Source of the DNA: Psammoneis japonica
Lineage: Eukaryota
DNA: 26,856 bases
NCBI GenBank assembly: GCA_008632985.1
Contig: QPGO01000262.1
Location: 62,001 to 88,856, forward strand
Reading direction: 5' to 3'
Under the pieces are notes generated by a model. It saw only the letters and a list, made by a program, of their open reading frames with translations. It ran no database searches and was not told the origin of the DNA. This document shows positions 22,523 through 26,856 of the stretch, one piece after another. Every line of letters starts with the position of its first letter. Position 1 is the first letter of the stretch. Position numbers and translations under genes: made by a program.

Positions 22523-23777
22523 TTTTGCACCCTTTGCTGCCATTTTGCGCCCTTTGTGATTTTGCGCCCTTGGCCATTTTGCTCCCTTTGTGGTTTTGCA
22601 CCCTTTGCGACTTTGCGCCCTTGGCCATTTTTCACCCTTTGTGACTTTGCACCCTTTGCTGCCATTTTGCGCCCTTTGTGATTTTGCGCCCTTGGCCATT
22701 TTGCACCCTTTGTGATTTTGAGCCCTTTGCGACTTTGCACCCTTGGCCATTTTGCACCCTTTGTGATTTTGCACCCTTTGCCACCATGTCGCACCCTTTG
22801 CCGCCATTTTGTGCCCTTTGCAATTTTGCACCCTTTGTGATTTTACACCCTTTGTGATTTTGCACCCTTGGCCATTTTGTGCCCTTTGTGATTTTGAGCC
22901 CTTTGCAACTTTGCGCCCTTGGCCATTTTGCACCCTTGGCCATTTTGCGCCCTTTGTGACTTTGCACCCTTTGCCGCCATTTTGCACCCTTTGTGACCTT
23001 GCACCCTTTGCTGCCATTTTGCACCCTTTGTGATTTTGCGCCCTTGGCCATTTTGCTCCCTTTGTGGTTTTGCACCCTTTGCAACTTTGCTCCCTTGGCC
23101 ATTTTTCACCCTTTGTGATTTTGCACCCTTTGCTGCCATTTTGCGCCCTTTGTGATTTTGCGCCCTTGGCCATTTTGCGCCCTTTGTGATTTTGCACCCT
23201 TTGCCGCCATTTTGGGCCCTTTGTGATTTTGCACCCTTGGCCAATTTGCGCCCTTTGTGATTTTGCACCCTTCACCGCCATTTTGCACCCTTTGTGATTT
23301 TGCACCCTTTGCTGCCATTTTGCACCCTTTGTGATTTTGCGCCCTTGGCCATTTTGCTCCCTTTGTGATTTTGCACCCTTTGCGATTTTGCACCCTTTGC
23401 GACTTTGCGCCCTTTGTGATTTTGCACCCTTTGCTGCCATTTTGCACCCTTTGTGATTTTGCACCCTTTGTGATTTTGTGCCCTTGGCCATTTTGTGCCC
23501 TTTGTGATTTTGCACCCTTTGCCACCATTTTGGGCCCTTTGTGATTTTGCACCCTTTGCGATTTTGCGCCCTTGGCCATTTTGCGCCCTTTGTGATTTTG
23601 CGCCCTTTGTGATTTTGTGCCCTTGGCCATTTTGCACCCTTTGTGATTTTGAGCCCTTTGTGACTTTGCACCCTTGGCCATTTTGCACCCTTTGTGATTT
23701 TGCACCCTTTGCCACCATGTCGCACCCTTTGTGATTTTGTGCCCTTTGCTGCCATTTTGCACCCTTTGTGATTTTGC

Positions 23778-24259
23778 NNNNNNNNNNNNNNNNNNNNNNN
23801 NNNNNNNNNNNNNNNNNNNNNNNNNNNNNNNNNNNNNNNNNNNNNNNNNNNNNNNNNNNNNNNNNNNNNNNNNNNNNNNNNNNNNNNNNNNNNNNNNNNN
23901 NNNNNNNNNNNNNNNNNNNNNNNNNNNNNNNNNNNNNNNNNNNNNNNNNNNNNNNNNNNNNNNNNNNNNNNNNNNNNNNNNNNNNNNNNNNNNNNNNNNN
24001 NNNNNNNNNNNNNNNNNNNNNNNNNNNNNNNNNNNNNNNNNNNNNNNNNNNNNNNNNNNNNNNNNNNNNNNNNNNNNNNNNNNNNNNNNNNNNNNNNNNN
24101 NNNNNNNNNNNNNNNNNNNNNNNNNNNNNNNNNNNNNNNNNNNNNNNNNNNNNNNNNNNNNNNNNNNNNNNNNNNNNNNNNNNNNNNNNNNNNNNNNNNN
24201 NNNNNNNNNNNNNNNNNNNNNNNNNNNNNNNNNNNNNNNNNNNNNNNNNNNNNNNNNNN
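23778..24259. other. Assembly gap (482 N)
   Basis: Run of n characters. Confidence 1.
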
Positions 24260-26154
24260 ATTTTGCGCCCTTTGTGATTTTGCACCCTTTGCCGCCATTT
24301 TCCGCCCTTTGTGATTTTGCACCCTTTGTGATTTTGCACCCTTGGCCACTTTGCAACCTTTGTGATTTTGCACCCTTTGCGATTTTGCGCCCTTTGTGAT
24401 TTTGGACCCTTTGCCACCATTTTCCGCCCTTTGTGATTTTGCACCCTTTGCTGCCATTTTGCTCCCTTTGTGATTTTGCGCCCTTTGTGATTTTGTGCCC
24501 TTGGCCATTTTGCGCCCTTTGTGATTTTGCACCCTTTGCCGCCATTTTGCGCCCTTTGTGATTTTGCTCCCTTTGCCACCATTTTGCGCCCTTTGTGATT
24601 TTGCACCCTTTGCCGCCATTTTGTGCCCTTTGCAATTTTGTGCCCTTTGTGATTTTGCACCCTTGGCCATTTTGCGCCCTTGGCCAATTTGCGCCCTTTG
24701 TGATTTTGCACCCTTTGCCGCCATTTTGCACCCTTTGTGATTTTGCACCCTTTGCTGCCATTTTGCACCCTTTGTGATTTTGCACCCTTTGCTGCCATTT
24801 TGTGCCCTTTGCAATTTTGCGCCCTTTGTGATTTTGCACCCTTGGCCATTTTGCGCCCTTGGCCAATTTGCGCCCTTTGTGATTTTGCACCCTTTGCCGC
24901 CATTTTGCACCCTTTGTGATTTTGCACCCTTTGCTGCCATTTTGCACCCTTTGTGATTTTGCACCCTTGGCCATTTTGCTCCCTTTGTGATTTTGCACCC
25001 ATTGCGATTTTGCACCCTTTGCGACTTTGCGCCCTTTGTGATTTTGCACCCTTTGCTGCCATTTTGCGCCCTTTGTGATTTTGCACCCTTTGTGATTTTG
25101 TGCCCTTGGCCATTTTGTGCCCTTTGTGATTTTGCACCCTTTGCCGCCATTTTGGGCCCTTTGTGATTTTGCACCCTTTGCGATTTTGCGCCCTTGGCCA
25201 TTTTGCACCCTTTGTGATTTTGCGCCCTTTGTGATTTTGCGCCCTTGGCCATTTTGCAACCTTTGTGATTTTGAGCCCTTTGCGACTTTGCACCCTTGGC
25301 CATTTTGCACCCTTTGTGATTTTGCACCCTTTGCCGCCATGTCGCACCCTTTGTGATTTTGCGCCCTTGGCCATTTTGCACCCTTTGTGATTTTGAGCCC
25401 TTTGCAACTTTGCACCCTTGGCCATTTTGCACCCTTTGTGATTTTGAGCCCTTTGCAACTTTGCACCCTTGGCCATTTTGCACCCTTTGTGATTTTGCAC
25501 CCTTTGCCGCCATGTCGCACCCTTTGTGATTTTGTGCCCTTTGCCGCCATTTTGCGCCCTTTGTGATTTTGCGCCCTTGGCCATTTTGCACCCTTTGTGA
25601 TTTTGCACCCTTTGCTGCCATTTTGCACCCTTTGTGATTTTGCACCCTTGGCCATTTGCACCCTCTGTGATTTTGAGCCCTTGCGACTTTGCGCCCTTGG
25701 CCATTTTGCACCCTTTGTGATTTTGAGCCCTTTGCGACTTTGCACCCTTGGCCATTTTGCACCCTTTGTGATTTTGAGCCCTTTGCAACTTTGCACCCTT
25801 GGCCATTTTGCACCCTTTGTGATTTTGCACCCTTTGCCGCCATGTCGCACCCTTTGTGATTTTGTGCCCTTTGCCGCCATTTTGCGCCCTTTGTGATTTT
25901 GCGCCCTTGGCCATTTTGCACCCTTTGTGATTTTGCACCCTTTGCTGCCATTTTGCACCCTTTGTGATTTTGCACCCTTGGCCATTTTGCACCCTCTGTG
26001 ATTTTGAGCCCTTTGCGACTTTGCGCCCTTGGCCATTTTGCACCCTTTGTGATTTTGCACCCTTTGCCACCATTTTGCACCCTTTGCTGCCATTTTGCAC
26101 CCTTTGCGATTTTGCGCCCTTTGTGATTTTGCACCCTTTGCCGCCATTTTGCAC

Positions 26155-26823
26155 ACCAGCGTGACGCGCTGCAATTTCGGCAACAAAAAATGCACCGCGG
26201 AGGTCTTGTGCACGGTCGTCGATCAGTTTTTTGAGATTGTCTTCCTTTGGAAACCGGAAACAAGGCTTGCCGGAAACGGGGTCATTTGGGTCATCACCGG
26301 CAACAATCGTGTGGACAAATTCCACCATGGCTTTGATGTTGCGGCGAAGATTCACACGGCGCTCTTCTTGTTGAACTGTCTCTCCAGGCATTTTGGAGAA
26401 ACAGAGAGCTTCATCCAAATTTCGATGATGAAGGTGGCATTGACCTTTCAGCGAGCGGGATTTCTTCAGGGGCCAACCATGAGTCTTGATGCAAGACCAA
26501 ACATCAGGGTGTCCAAGAGTTTTCCTGACAACGTTGTTGGTGTGGATGACTTCCGCGACATGTGGAATTCGACGCAACTTTGGCTTGTGGCAAAGGAAGG
26601 GAAGAGCGAGAAATTGTGGAGAGGGAGTCCATTTCGTCGACTCAAAAAACTGCTTTTTGGGTGCACGCGTTGAAATTGTGCTTTTGAGCTTGGGACCAAA
26701 CAGCTCCATTCCAAAGCCATTGGCAAAACATTCCATGTCATCAAGATCATGTTCATCAGGAAATTGGAAGGAAGGGTTGGGGTCGACCTCGTCGTGAGAC
26801 GGGGTGAAGTCGTTGACCGCCAT
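26155..26823 (-). pseudogene. ~223-codon protein-like frame of unknown function, running into the satellite; no Tyr
   Basis: MAVNDFTPSHDEVDPNPSF...RNIKAMVEFVHTIV...LKKLIDDRAQDLRGAFFVAEIAARHAG. No family recognised. Stop codons are globally rare here, so openness is weak evidence. Confidence 0.5.
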
Positions 26824-26856
26824 GGCAAGAGGTCAGTTGTGATTTGCGCAGAAAGT

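Larger units (their letters stand above)
18647..26153 (-). repeat. Satellite, reverse-orientation block (contains MITEs G and H, a short forward patch at 21723-21770 and the N gap)
   Basis: Hundreds of ccctttgtgattttgca, cccttggccattttgca and ccctttgccgccattttgca units. Confidence 0.95.

Noticed and set aside
16908..26153. CRISPR array
   Set aside because: The units abut without unique spacers, there are no cas genes, and the context is eukaryotic.
16826..26263. Very long ORFs (538-1274 aa) of KGAKSQRAQNH repeats
   Set aside because: They are translations of the stop-poor satellite in all three frames, and some run through the N gap. They are not genes.

Overview
Eukaryotic repeat-dense region, probably from a diatom or other stramenopile (inferred from the Gypsy pol type; not certain). 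No intact gene is recognisable. Contents: two decayed full-length Ty3/Gypsy LTR retrotransposons on the minus strand (975-6038 and 10759-15894); nine copies of a ~390-bp TIR element (MITE), eight with exact 4-bp target duplications; a disrupted acidic ORF (~6950-10380); a degenerate telomere-like hexamer tract split by Gypsy-2; a ~9-kb 17/20-bp satellite with an orientation switch, a 3.1-kb near-identical duplication and a 482-N gap; and a ~223-codon tyrosine-free frame at the right end. The main signal is that TpA is almost absent across the window (about 60-70 by eye in ~26 kb). Conserved Tyr codons in pol read as Cys (TGY) or His (CAY), and aligned repeat copies show TA/TG/CA at the same position. 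This suggests a both-strand, post-insertion TpA->TpG/CpA hypermutation of repeats, opposite in direction to fungal RIP. The responsible enzyme is not visible in this window. All counts and alignments were done by eye.
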